Source of the DNA: Blastocladiella emersonii ATCC 22665 | Lineage: Eukaryota > Fungi > Blastocladiomycota | Assembly (NCBI GenBank): GCA_025594325.1 | Contig: JANHCV010000006.1 | Span: 558,001 to 622,000, forward strand | DNA: 64,000 bases | Direction: 5' to 3' | Shown: positions 1-11,805 of the stretch, in pieces | Numbering within the stretch: position 1 is the first letter of the stretch | Layout of the letters: each line of letters begins with the position of its first letter | Translations under genes and position numbers: made by a program | Notes under the pieces: generated by a model | What the model was told of the DNA's origin: nothing | Databases searched by the model: none | Seen by the model: only the letters and a program-made list of their open reading frames with translations

Positions 1-111
1 CCCGCTGAACCGGGGCCACGAATCAAGTCGTCGACACAAAACTGCGAGTGTATGAGAAAGAGTATGTACAGAACCTCGCCACCACCGGCGCCCGAACCGC
101 GCCCACCGACC

Positions 112-2238
112 TCACCGCAACGTGATGAGACTCATCATCTCGGCGTCCTCCTGCGCGCACTGCGCCGCGTACTCCTTACGCTTCGCGCGCACCTCGTCGG
201 GGAAGTGGGTCTTGAGGAGCCGCGTCATGGCGAGGTCCTCGCCACGCACCAGCATCTCGTCGGCGTTATTGTGCGTGATCCCCGTGTCGGCGCGGCACAG
301 CGGGCAGTGCAGCGTGGCCTTGGTCGCGGCGCGCGGGTACCGCATCAGGAACACGCGCGCGGGGAGGCTGAGGGCTGTGGGCGGGACGGTCTCGGGGAGC
401 TCGCGCGGGGTCGGGACCGCGGCCATCATGGTCAGGTGGTGCGCGCACGGGTAGCACATGGCGTGCGAGCACGTCGGGAGGCGGACCGGCGGGTACATGA
501 GCCCGAAACAGACCGGGCACGCGTACGTGTCGAGCAGCGGCGTGATGTTCTCGAGCGTCAGGTTCAGCTCGCCGAGGAGCACGCGCGTGAAGGCGTGCCC
601 GCGCGACTGCAGGAACTGCTGCCCGGCGTCGAGCCGCTGCCACGCGTCGCGCGACGGCAGCAGCGTCTTCTTGTCGTGCTTCTTGAGGATCTTGCGCACC
701 GCCGTGTCGTTGAGCTGCACGAACCGCGACAGACCCAGCATGTTCGTGTTCATCCGCATGAAGTGCGTGAACACGGGCAGACTGCGCTTGTCCTTGAACC
801 CCGCCGACGGGCCGCGGTGCAGCCACCGGATCACGTTCCACACGGGCGGCTTCTTCTGCGGCGCGGGCGGCGCGACAGTGCCGGGGACCGCGGCGGCGGC
901 AGCGGGCGACGCGGGCGACTCGGCGCCGAGCTTCGGGATGGCGTGCACCGAGAGGTTATCGTACTGGAACCCGGGCGTCGCGAGCGCCTGGGCGACGGCG
1001 GCCTGGAACCGGACCATGATATCCGTCACCTCCTCGAGCGACCGTGGCTTCTGCGTCACCGTCAGGAACATGTCGGACTCGAGGTACGCCTTGATGATGC
1101 CGCGCCAGATCTTGTGGTCGCGGCACTCGACGCGCGTCAGGTCGCCGACGAGCCGCACCAGCTCGTTGAGGTCGTCGTGGAAGTGCCGCGCAATGTGGTG
1201 CTGCTGGAAGTCCGACACGCTCGTCAGTGCCGTCGACAGGTACGAGAAGAAATCGGCGTCTGACGGCAGCGGCACCGTGCACGTCCCGTCGGGACCCACC
1301 CGGCAGTCCTTGGACGCCAGCAGCGGCTCGCACAGCGCGCGCGTCGAGTCGTCGACTACGATCACCAGCTGCGAGCCGAACGCCTGGCTCGCCGACGGCG
1401 ACGGCGACGGCGACGGGGTGGGGGTATCGGCCGCGGGAGCGGCGGCGGACGACGGAGCCGCCGCCGTTGCGGTGGTGCTCGGCGACGTGGACGTCACGGA
1501 CGGCGCCGACGCGGTCGAGGCGGTCGCGGCGCGGTCCGAGCCCTCCTCGTCGGACGAAATCGCCGAATCGTGCTCGGCGTCAGCGCCCGCCGCTGCCGCC
1601 GCGCCTGGTGACGTGTTGCGCGTCGCCGAGATGACGTAGGACACCTTGCTCAGGCTGACGGTCGAGACGCGGCGGTGCAGGCCGGGCGCGGGCGGGGCGA
1701 GGCGCGACGGGACGGCAGCGGACGCCGTGGGGGTGCCGAGATCGGCCATCGAGGTCGACTCGTAGGTGATGATGGGCGTGAGAACCGGCGCCGCCGGGGC
1801 GGTCTCCTCGTGCGATGGCGCAATCACGGTGTGGGTCGACGACGACGTCGACGCGTGCGAGCCGCGGCGGCGGGCGGCGGCCGAGTCGGCTGCGGCGGCG
1901 TCGGACTCGGAGACGGTGCCCTCGTCGTCGGTGGCCGTCGAGGCGACGAACGAGGAAATGCTCGAAGCGCGCGACGCGCGGCGGCGGTGCGCGGTGCGGT
2001 GCAGGGCGTCGGCAATGTCGCGGGCCGTGACGTGCTCGGCGGCGGCGTGCGCGACGGGGTCGCCCTCGGTGCGCTCGAGCAGCAGCGCGCGCAGGATGTC
2101 GGGCGACAGACCGCGCGACTCCATGTCCTTGACAATCTTCTTGAGCAGCTTCTTCATGGCCTTGTACGAGAGGACGTGCTCGCGGAGGTCCGGCGGCAGC
2201 GCCTCGCACTCGGTCTCGATGGTGTGGCCGAACTTCAT
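112..2238 (-). CDS. SPX domain + RING finger protein (putative phosphate-signalling E3 ligase)
   Basis: Starts MKFGHTIE...LSYKAMKKLLKKI (SPX N-terminus), has FVQLNDTAVRKILKKHDKK (SPX C-terminal helix) and a C3HC4 RING CPVC...CSHAMCYPC...CPLC. Start placed at the MKFG ATG (2238), not the ORF-track start. Confidence 0.85.
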   Translation of the reverse strand: MKFGHTIETECEALPPDLREHVLSYKAMKKLLKKIVKDMESRGLSPDILRALLLERTEGDPVAHAAAEHVTARDIADALHRTAHRRRASRASSISSFVASTATDDEGTVSESDAAAADSAAARRRGSHASTSSSTHTVIAPSHEETAPAAPVLTPIITYESTSMADLGTPTASAAVPSRLAPPAPGLHRRVSTVSLSKVSYVISATRNTSPGAAAAAGADAEHDSAISSDEEGSDRAATASTASAPSVTSTSPSTTATAAAPSSAAAPAADTPTPSPSPSPSASQAFGSQLVIVVDDSTRALCEPLLASKDCRVGPDGTCTVPLPSDADFFSYLSTALTSVSDFQQHHIARHFHDDLNELVRLVGDLTRVECRDHKIWRGIIKAYLESDMFLTVTQKPRSLEEVTDIMVRFQAAVAQALATPGFQYDNLSVHAIPKLGAESPASPAAAAAVPGTVAPPAPQKKPPVWNVIRWLHRGPSAGFKDKRSLPVFTHFMRMNTNMLGLSRFVQLNDTAVRKILKKHDKKTLLPSRDAWQRLDAGQQFLQSRGHAFTRVLLGELNLTLENITPLLDTYACPVCFGLMYPPVRLPTCSHAMCYPCAHHLTMMAAVPTPRELPETVPPTALSLPARVFLMRYPRAATKATLHCPLCRADTGITHNNADEMLVRGEDLAMTRLLKTHFPDEVRAKRKEYAAQCAQEDAEMMSLITLR

Positions 2239-3313
2239 GGTTGGTGAGTGGGTGATTGGTGCAAGAGAGCGAGGGAGGGGCGGGGAGGAGAAGGGCGGCT
2301 CAAGTAGTAGTCGATGCCGGCGAAGCTGGTGGAGGTGGTCGGTCAGACGACCAAGTCGAACGAGTCGGCGGCGGCGGCGAGGTGCAACGGCGGCGCAACA
2401 AGGGCGTGGGAGCGCGGGGAAGAGAGTTTTCTGGTCGGCTGAATGCAATGCATGAGCTTTAGCGCGCCGGGTCGGGTCGACGGCGCTGTTTAGGGGATGA
2501 CGAAGGGCAGGGAGACGAGAGAGGGCAGGCACAAGGCCGACGTCGTGGGTCGCGGTCGACCACTGCGGGGCTTGACCGCCGTCTCAGCTCGCGCACGAGG
2601 GCGCTTTTTTGGACCACGGCGCGGGCCGCGTACACGTTGCCCTGCACGCACGGTGGCCATGGTCACCGCCGGCGACGCGACGCGCTCGTCGACGAGGAGC
2701 CGCAGCCACCGACGCGACGAGGACGACGACGGCGACGTGTGAAGAGGCGGCGCCTCCCCCACACGCACGGCCGCGGCTGCAGCAGCATGGGGCCACGCGC
2801 ACGGCGCCACCGCATGTCTGCATGCAGGAACAGGCAGGTCACTTGACGGTCTTCATCTCCGAATAATTTCGGCTGGAAGCGCGGGGAAGAGAGCGGGCGG
2901 TGACGCGATGGTCGATCTGAGCGGTCACGCCGGCGCGCCCGCGACGCGTCGCGATCAGTGTCTCCCACCGCATGTCTCCCGCGTGCGTGTCCCACGGCCG
3001 TGGTCGGCTCGGATCGGGACGCGTCGGCTTTGGCCTGGCTCGGAAAAAGTGAGTGGGCGGGCTTGACGGCACGTTGTTGTTGGTTGGGTTGGGGCCCGCG
3101 GACGCGTCCGCGGCTGCCACGTCAACGGCTCCGGCATCATCAACAAGCCCGGCCCCGCGACGCGTCCTCGCTCTCTCGGATCCAGCGACCTTGCATGTAT
3201 GAACGGCCCATGAACTTGAATGCACCGCCGCCCGCCCGGCCACCGTCTAACCTACGCGTCCCCGTCGTCAACCCAGACCTCGCATCTCGCATACTACACC
3301 TCGCACCGCCGCC

Positions 3314-3971
3314 ATGTCGTCCATCGAGATCACGCCCCTCTACGGCTCCGTCCTCGCGCTCTACTCGCTGCGCTGGACCGCCGCGTACGTGCGCGCGGTC
3401 CCCGAGACCGAATACGTTTGCTCTGACCCTCCGCCGCGTCGCTCTAGCATCATCAAGCAGCGTATGACCCACCACGTCTCGCTCGGCGACGGCTCGCAGC
3501 AGTTCCTCCTCGTATGTCGTCGTCGTCCTCGTCGTCGCGACGCGTCTCGTCCTCCCGCTCACCCACCTGCTCCCTCCCCCCACACAGAACTACCTCCAGG
3601 TGCAGCGCAACCACCCGAACGACGTGGCCAAGATCAAGGAGGCCGGCGACCCGTTCAAGTCCAAGTACTGGCCCCTGCTCGTCGCCGTGCGCGCCCACGG
3701 GAACCTGATCGAAACCGCCCCGCTCGTCCTGCTCCTCGCCGCGTTCGCTGAGTACAACGGCGCCGTGTCGTCGACCACGCTGCACCGCGTCCTCGCCGCG
3801 TTCACCGTCGGCCGTATCCTCCACGCCGAGCTCGGCCTCAACGTGAAGAACGTCGGCATCGGGCCCGGCGCGGGGCCCGGCCGCCAGATTGGTATGGCGG
3901 CGACCATGGGCGCGATCGTCACGCTCTCGGTCAAGCTGATTGCTCGGTACTACCAGCGCCGCTGCCAGTAA
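3314..3971 (+). CDS. MAPEG family membrane protein (two introns)
   Basis: MSSIEITPLYGSVLALYSL start, RAHGNLIETAP and GRILHA motifs, hydrophobic helices; GT..AG introns at ~3389-3447 and ~3512-3587. Confidence 0.75.
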
Positions 3972-4103
3972 GCTGCGTCCGTGTGTGGGTGTTTGTCAAT
4001 GCGTATTAGCTGTATCTGCCGTGTATTCTTTTGCTGGGAGAGGACAAAATAGTGGGAGAGAGAGAGGTGGGTAACTTGGAGAACGAGGACGACGGCGACG
4101 GCA

Positions 4104-5537
4104 TCACGCAAACCCGCCGCGCCGGTGCACGTACGCGACGGACGCGGTCGCGACGAGGCCGACGACGACGCCGACGGATGGCCACCCGGCCCACCCGCTC
4201 TTGACGACCGAGACCCACACGCGGCGCACGATCCAGTGCGGGGACGCCCACCGCGGCCCGCCGCTGCTTCTCGCCACCTCGCTCTCGTTCTGCGCTTGTT
4301 GTGCGGCCGTTGACGGGCCCCACCGCTGCAGGTACTTGGCAAACGCGCGCCCCTCCGGGTCGGGCCGCACCGTGACGACGAGCGCGCGGTGGTCCGACGC
4401 CTCGTACCGGTGGTTGGCCATGGCGCGGTCCGTGACCTCGAGTCCCATGGCCAGCGTCCAGTCGAGCTTGCCGCTGTAGTACCCGCCGTAGTTCTGCAGC
4501 GTCACGTCGCGCACCGCGTCCCACGGCTCGTGGAACCCCGGGTTTCGCGCTGCCTCGACTACGGCGGGCGGGAGGTTCAGCGACAGGAGTGCGGGGTTGA
4601 AGGGCAGGTCCCGCGCCGGCTGCGCCAGCACGTTGCGCGTCAGCCACTCGGCTTCCGTCGAACCGAGCGTCCGCCAACGCATGCTGTCGTTGCAGAAGCT
4701 CGGCGACAGACGCGCGATGCCGTGCGCCATGGTGTTGAGGTCGCCGCTACACGTTCACCGCAGGGTTAGCACCCGCGCCATCAAGAGAGCGGGGCGAGAG
4801 AACGGACCAGATCATCTGATGCGGAAACTGCTTCTGCGTCGCGGCCGCGCGCGCGAGGATCTCCGAGAACTGCGCGACACGCGCGAGCATGCCGCAGAAC
4901 ACCTCGAGGTGGGCCGAGTACACGACGAGCCCGCGGTCGAACCCGCCGCCGACCCGGAACTGCGCGACCAGCGTGCACCGCCCGCCGCGCCGCGGCTCGC
5001 GCTTCTTGTGCCCGTCGCGCTCCCAGTCGAACGCCTGGTACCGGTGCACCAGCGCGTGCGCGTCAAAGTCGAGCCGCGACAGGATCGCGTTCCCGTGCAG
5101 CCCGCCGCCCCCGTCGCGCGGCGAGCGGACCGCCGAGTCGAGCTCGTGGAACTCGGCCGCGAACGCGCACTTCAGCTGCAGCGCCTCGGCGATCTCCCGC
5201 GCGCAGTTGCGTAGGCCCGAGCGAGCGCAGCCAATGTCCTAGACGGCGGGACGAGATAAAGTCAGCGGTAGTCGGCGCGGCGTGTGCGTAGCCTTCGTAC
5301 CAGCTCCTGGAGACACAGAATGTCGGCATTCAGGCCGCGCAGGATCTCGATGACAGCGTCGAGGCAGTACCCGCGCTCAATGTTCCACTGCACGACGCGC
5401 AGGCTCGAGTACGTCGGCCCGCTGCTGCTGTGGTGCCCGCCGCCGGTGCTGCTCGCCGTCGCGGATGGCGGGCGGAAGTCGTACGTGATGACCTCGAACG
5501 GCTGGGCGCCCAGCGCTGGGTCGGCCGAGGCGCGCAT
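4104..5537 (-). CDS. Endonuclease/exonuclease/phosphatase (EEP) family protein, multi-exon, C-terminal hydrophobic helix
   Basis: Exons give LRVVQWNIERG...ADILCLQE, GNAILSR, VYSAHLE and GDLNT motifs in order across ORFs 5262-5537, 4747-5220 and 4104-4730. Confidence 0.8.
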
Positions 5538-6144
5538 GGTCGTTCCAGAGGTAGCGCGGTGCGTGATGCGAGGAGAGGGGAGAGGGAGGGAAGAGCGACA
5601 CGAGAAGGGGTCGGTCGATCGGCGAGCTGAGGATCAGCCGGAGCCCGGATGAAGAGGCCGGCGGCGAGGGTTCACGCTCGCAGCTGCGAGTCGACAGAAT
5701 GGTGCGGTGGCGCAGTCGAGGAGGAGGGCCAGGGAGACCCAGCGAGCGCCGATGATGAAAGGCGGGGAAGGGAGGACGACGGGTGCCGCAGACGTGCGCG
5801 GACAGGACGAGCGGGCAGGGAAGCGCGGGCACTCGATTTCAGTGTCGATGCGTGCGTGAAAACGTGTTACGTTGCAAATGACTGGGCTGTCGTGAGGGTG
5901 GGAGAGGGGAGGGGAGCGGTGGCGCCGACGACGGGAAGCCCGGCCAACGTTGAAAATCGGCGGGCGGCCTTGCCCGGAGCTTCCCCAGCCCCGCGAGCCG
6001 TCTCCGCCGCCACACCACGTCCGTCACATGATATCGCGACGCGTCCGCCGCGCGACTCCTGAGGGAGAAACGCGAGACACGGCGGAATAGTCACGGCGTG
6101 TATTTGCAACGAGATAGGGAAAACGCTCGATGCGGATGGTGCGA

Positions 6145-8507
6145 TCAGTCCGTGGCGTGGAAGCGCGCACTCAGCTCTCTGAGGTAACCGCTAGACTGAA
6201 ACGCCCTCGGAGCCGTCCGCGCGATTTCTCTCAGCACATCTCTCGGGCTCACGTTGCCCGGGAGGTATTCAATGACGTGGCGCGTCGCCTTGACAACCGT
6301 TTTGGTGCGCCAGATCACATCGACCGCGCCGTCAGGCACGAGCTGCCACACTTTGAGCGGAACAAAGCCCGAACCTTGGATCTCGGAATGCGAAAACATG
6401 TGACTCTCGCCTGCCAGGTAGACGCGAAGCACGACATCAAGGTCGGCGCGGAGCAACCGCTTGACCAGCTCGCGAGCCGGGTACTCGACCCTGTTCGGGC
6501 ACCTGCAAGCCGACTGCTTCGAGAGCCCAACTGTAAGCAGATCGCTGTACAGGTAATCAAAGAGGACGGTAGGTTGAAGCGATGAATCAAGTCCCAGGAG
6601 CCACTCGAGAGTCTCAAAGAAAGCCTTTTGCTCAAAGTAGTTGCACTCGGAGCACGTTATGCTACCGTCGCTGAGCGTGATCGGCCGGCGGTCACAGTCA
6701 CCTTGCAGCTGAGCACGAACCAAGAGGTTGACAAAGTGCGACACGCTGTGCGTATTGATCAGGAATGCGCCCGCTACCTCGCGACCCTCGACTGATTGGG
6801 AGGCGGCAGTCGGAAGCCAGACCATATGCTCCCGCGCGACAAGCTTGTAGTCGTACGGATGCTGCGTAAGAACAAATGCTGCAAGCATAAGTAAGTCGAG
6901 TGGTGGAACATCACAAGGTACAGCAAAGATGCGCGTGGTCATAGCCCCGAGTTGATAAGGAGCGGCGCCGCACTTTGCGTTAACAGCGTCGTTTTGGTCA
7001 TGAAGGGCCTCGGTATGATACAAAAGCTCGACCAGAGATGCTGCAGCCCTGACAAAGTCATTCCCCTAGTAGGCGACGAGCAACACGGATTACGCGTTGC
7101 TGGATCTGCGTGTTGTCCTGGCAGTGCATCGCTCAGAACTTGAGTGTTACAAGGGACGGCTCGTGGTGAGAAGGAGGGTGAAGGTGAAGCACGCAGAACA
7201 CCGTCTCACGTACCCTCAGTCACAATCGTTCGATGGTATCGCCGGGGAACGTGATCAACGACAAAGTCGAGGTACGCGCTCAAGTGCTCGACCATGTCAT
7301 CATGAAGCGCCTTTGCAACGACGACTCCCCACGTCGAGAGGGTTAGCATGCGGTGGTTCATAAGACCGCTGACTACGTGAAGTAAGTCTCTTCCTGGCTC
7401 CCAGTGCCAAACGTGACGAATAATGTCAGCCGTGATGCATGACAGCGTGTTCTCGCCCAGTTCCAGAAAGTTATGGGCGTGTCTGTCCAGTGCTATCGCA
7501 AGAATCGAGGGATTGTCAGAGATACGCGAAACAATCAAATGACGAATTTGCCGATCGATTCCCTCATCCCAGCAGTGCGTCAGGGCCCAGTCAAGTATGT
7601 CATCTTGGTCATCATGTGAGCCTGAGAGCAGCGAGTCGAGAACGTGGGTCGGGACGTCTGGGATCAGCAGCACGCGCTTGACCACGGCGAGATCGAGATC
7701 GGACGTGTCCTCGATTAGAATTGCAAGCAGCTCAGTGTTCGCTTGGATGATGGCGACGACGGCAAGAAAGTCGACCGCACATAGCCACAAATCGGACATC
7801 CCAGCCTGCCCTTTCAGTTCGGGTAGTTTGGCCCAGTTTTGCGCGGAGAGCGCAAGGCAGCCAGACCACGATAGTTGGACTCAAAGCAGCTCGGGTGCAC
7901 ACGCGGAAGGGTCGTCAAGCAGAGACCCCACGAAGTGCGCATCAAAGCGGAGCGAGGCGAGAACCAATAGCTGCAGTTGGCCCCAGCTCGGAAACGACTG
8001 CACACTGGTATGAAACGTTCCGGGATGAACGCTGATAATTCGGTCACCGAAGGACTTCGCATCTCTGCAGCAACCATTGAGTTCGAGCTGGAGAGCAGCC
8101 AAGAGACACTCAGACGCGGACAAGAGAAACGAGGATTCGAGCCGACCAGCAGGGGTCTGGTCTTTGCCATCGCTCCAAAAGCCCAAGTACGGCTGCTCGA
8201 TAGCATAACCGATGGCGCTCTTGAAGAAGCGGCGCCGCGGATCCAGATACCTCTGAAGTGGCGCAGTATCCGCGTCCGCGGGGCGCAACTCGACTGGACG
8301 CGTGACCAGCCATACGCGCTTGACCTCGCGATGTGATGCAATCGAGTAGAGCTCACGACTGGACAAGCAAGTACGCGTGCTCGGCCGAGCGATCGCAAGA
8401 ACGTCGAGCAGGACCTCGGACGGCAGGGCGGCGAACCCCAAGCCCTAGTGATTGACTGTGTTCCCGGAGTCCGATTGCATAATGTTGCTTGTGGTCAGGT
8501 CTTCCAT
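6145..8507 (-). pseudogene. Tandem paralog copy 1 of an uncharacterised F-box-like/Cys-rich family, disabled
   Basis: Homologous along its length to copy 2 (MEDL..SNIMQSD start, AIGYAIEQP, FPSWGQLQLL, CDRRPITLSDGSITC). In-frame TAG near codon 21 and in-frame TGA at 7881-7883. Confidence 0.7.
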
Positions 8508-8760
8508 GTGCTACGTTTTCTGCTGCACGGTCAGGAGCAGAGAACGGGCGCGCGTGGGACTCGACCTCACCGGCACCGCCAACGCCACACCACGTCGACT
8601 GTCACATGATATCGCAACGCGTCCGCGATCGAGTCCTGAGAAGCGAGGCGCGAGACGCGGTGATATATTCGCAATATGTATTGGAGATGACACGTAAAAT
8701 GCGAGAGGCGAGGCGAACGGCGGCGAACAGACCTTGTGCCTTGTGCGCACAAGCAAGCGA

Positions 8761-11154
8761 TCAGCCCGTCGCGAGATAACGAGCGTACCACTCTTCGGAA
8801 TGCTCATGGAAATCGAACGCATCCGGGGCCACACGGGCAAGCTCGCGCACCATGTCGAGCGGGCTGACGCCATCTGGGAGGTGTTTCATGGCGTGACGCG
8901 CGATCGGCAATATGTGTGGACCCCAAGCAAGCCCGCTGTCGGGAATCATCCGCCAGACTTGGAGCGGAACGATGCCCGAACTTTGGCGTGCATTGCAAGA
9001 GGACCAGTGGGGCCCGCCCATCATGAGGATGCGAAGCATGTCGCCAGGTTTGATGCGAACCAGCGTCTTGACCAGCTCGAGGATCGGGTACTCAACACTG
9101 GTGGAGCAGCTGCAGGTGGACCGCTTCGAGTAGCACGTCGCGAGAAGCGAGTCGTTGAAGACTTGGTCGATGAGCATGCGAAGAGAGCCTTCGGAAATGT
9201 CCAAGTCGAGGCCCAGCAACCATTCAAGCGTCTGGAAGAAGACCCGCTGCTCAAAGTAGTCGCACTGAGAGCAAGTCACGCTACCGTCACTGAGCGGGAT
9301 CGGCCGACTATCACATTCGGCTTGGAGGAGCTGCGTGCGAATCAAAAGGTCGACGAACCGTTCCCCGCTTGGGAAAACTTTCAAGAACTTGTTTGCGGCC
9401 TCGCGAAACTCGGGCGACTGGTGGACGGAAATGAGAAGCCACACAATGTGCTTCTGCATAGTGAGATCAAGATCGGTTTCCGACACTGCAATGAAGTAAT
9501 ACGCGAATATGAGGAGGTCGAGCGGCGAGGCTTCATTCAGCTCTGCGAAGATGCGGACCTTGATTGTGCCGCGCTGGTATCGCTGGGGCTCGGGATGAAA
9601 GACGCTCATTTCGGAGTGAAAGCCGTCAAGTCGTTCAAGTCGGGGTGCAAGCTCCGTTGCAGCAGCCAAGGGAAACTCATCGCCGAGCAGGCGACTGGCA
9701 AAACGGATCGCGCGATGATGCATGGGCGTCTCGTCGCGAAACTCCTCAAGGCACCTCGTAAATGCTAAAGTGGTTCTAGGTTAGCGCAAAGGTGGAGTAC
9801 GCCGAGCAGCAAACCATATACCAGTGCTTGCAATCTCTCGACGCTGCCGCATGGGAGCGTGAGCCGCAACGAAGTCAAGGCAGGCGTGCGAGAAGCCCTC
9901 CACGCTGTCTTGGAGCGCACTTGAAGTCACGAAAGACCACAACGACAAGCTTATCAGACCGTGGGATACTAGATTGGCAAGAACTTCAAGTTTGTCCTCG
10001 TCCAGCTCACGCCGGGAGTACTGACGTGCAACCTGGTCGGCGACATTTGAACGCTGGTTCTCGTCGAGCTTCCGAAATATGTGGGCATGCCGCCCAAGGA
10101 CGAACGGGAGAAAACGCTGGCTGCGAATGACTTGCAAAGCAATCAAATAGCACGTATCTTGATCAATGTGCTCGTTCCAAACATTTGTCATGGCCCAAGA
10201 GAATACGGTTGCTGAGTCGTCGTCGTAAACGAGCAGCGAGTCGAGGACGTAGCTCGTAAACGCTGGAGTGAGGAGCACGCATTTGACCAGATCAAAGTCA
10301 AACGTATGCTCCATCTCGCGAAGAAGCTCGAACAGCAAAGCGTTTCCGTGCGCCATGGCAGTGACGGCGAGAAAATCGGTCAAGCGGAGCCAGATTTCGG
10401 ATGTGTCATCTTTGTCGTCGAGCTGGGGCAACTTGGACGACGTTTGGGCGGAAAGCGCGCAACAACAGGACCACGGAAGGAAGACCTGGAGTAGCTCGGG
10501 AGCAGCAGAGCGAGTATCCTCGATAAGATCCTTGACCAGTCTCGCGTCGAAGTGGAGAGAGGCAAGAAGCAATAGCTGCAGCTGACCCCAGCTGGGGAAC
10601 GCCTGCAGATCATGGTTCCACGCTACGAGATCGATGTCGAGCATCTTGACCTGAAGCGACTCCGGATCCCCGCGACAACCATTAAGATCGAGTTGAACAG
10701 TGGCCAGCAAGCACTTGGAAGCAGCAGAGACGAACGAGAAGTCGAGTTGAACGGCTGGAGTCCAATGTTCGACCTCGAACGCGTCTTCGATGTCGTCCTC
10801 GTCGGAATAGCCGGTTTCGTCCCAAAAGTTTAAGAAAGGCTGCTCAAGCGCATAACCAATCGCGCTCTTGAAGAAGAGCTGCTCTGGGTCGAGGTACAAG
10901 CGAAGCGGCGCAGTGCCCGCGTCCGCAGGCCGCACATCGGCGGCAACCGTGGCCACCCAGACGCACTTGACCACGGTTTGTGACGCGATTGAGTAAAGCT
11001 CACGACTGGACAAGCAAGCGCGCGTGCTCGGCCGAGCGACTGCGAGGACTACGAGCAGGACGTCGGACGGCAGGGCGGCGAACCCCAAGTCCGAGTGGTT
11101 GACTGAGTTTCCGGGGTCCGATTGCATAATGTTGCTTGCGGCTAGGTCTTCCAT
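8761..11154 (-). CDS. Tandem paralog copy 2, intact two-exon gene (~780 aa), uncharacterised
   Basis: ORFs 9781-11154 and 8761-9723 join in frame through a GTATAT...GCTAAC...TTTAG intron at 9765-9821. Confidence 0.7.
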
Positions 11155-11805
11155 GAGCTACGTTTTCTGCTGCACGGTCAGGAGCGGGAAGCGACCGCGC
11201 GTGGGATTCGGCCTCGGCTGACCGCAGACGCACCTCGTGGGCGCCACGTCACGTTGCTCGTCACATGACATCGGAACGCGTCTCACGGAGTAGGAAGGGA
11301 CCTGCACTGGCAAGCCCGCTCAAAGCATTTTACAGTCTGAATTCGCGAGTAGTTTATTTATGTCGCGAAAAATGAGAGCGAGCAACGAGCGGAACGAGAG
11401 TGGCAGTCAAACGTTGGTGCGGGCAAGCGGACGCAGTCAGTCCTGAGCACATGCGCGATTACTAGGTGTGTGTGCTGCGCACACACTTGGGTCTCAGCTG
11501 TAGCTTTACTTGGCTTCTTACAGTCAGTTTCGAGCGAGGTCCGTCTCGTCGCGCCTGCGCACGGGAACCGCTGCACAGGACCTCGCTCCCCTCGAAGTGA
11601 ACAGCCTCGAACTGTTGGGGACTAGGCAAAGCACAGTCCAGATTTACGTTGCAGGGGTCGGAATGAAGTGAAAGCGAAAAACAACGGAACTCGTCGCGCG
11701 ACGAAAATCGAAAACGGTCACTGAGCCACTCATGTGACCACAAGAGCAAGGTTGATGTGCCTGATAGGTTTCAATTGCTCCCACAGAAACTCAGCTTCGC
11801 TAAAG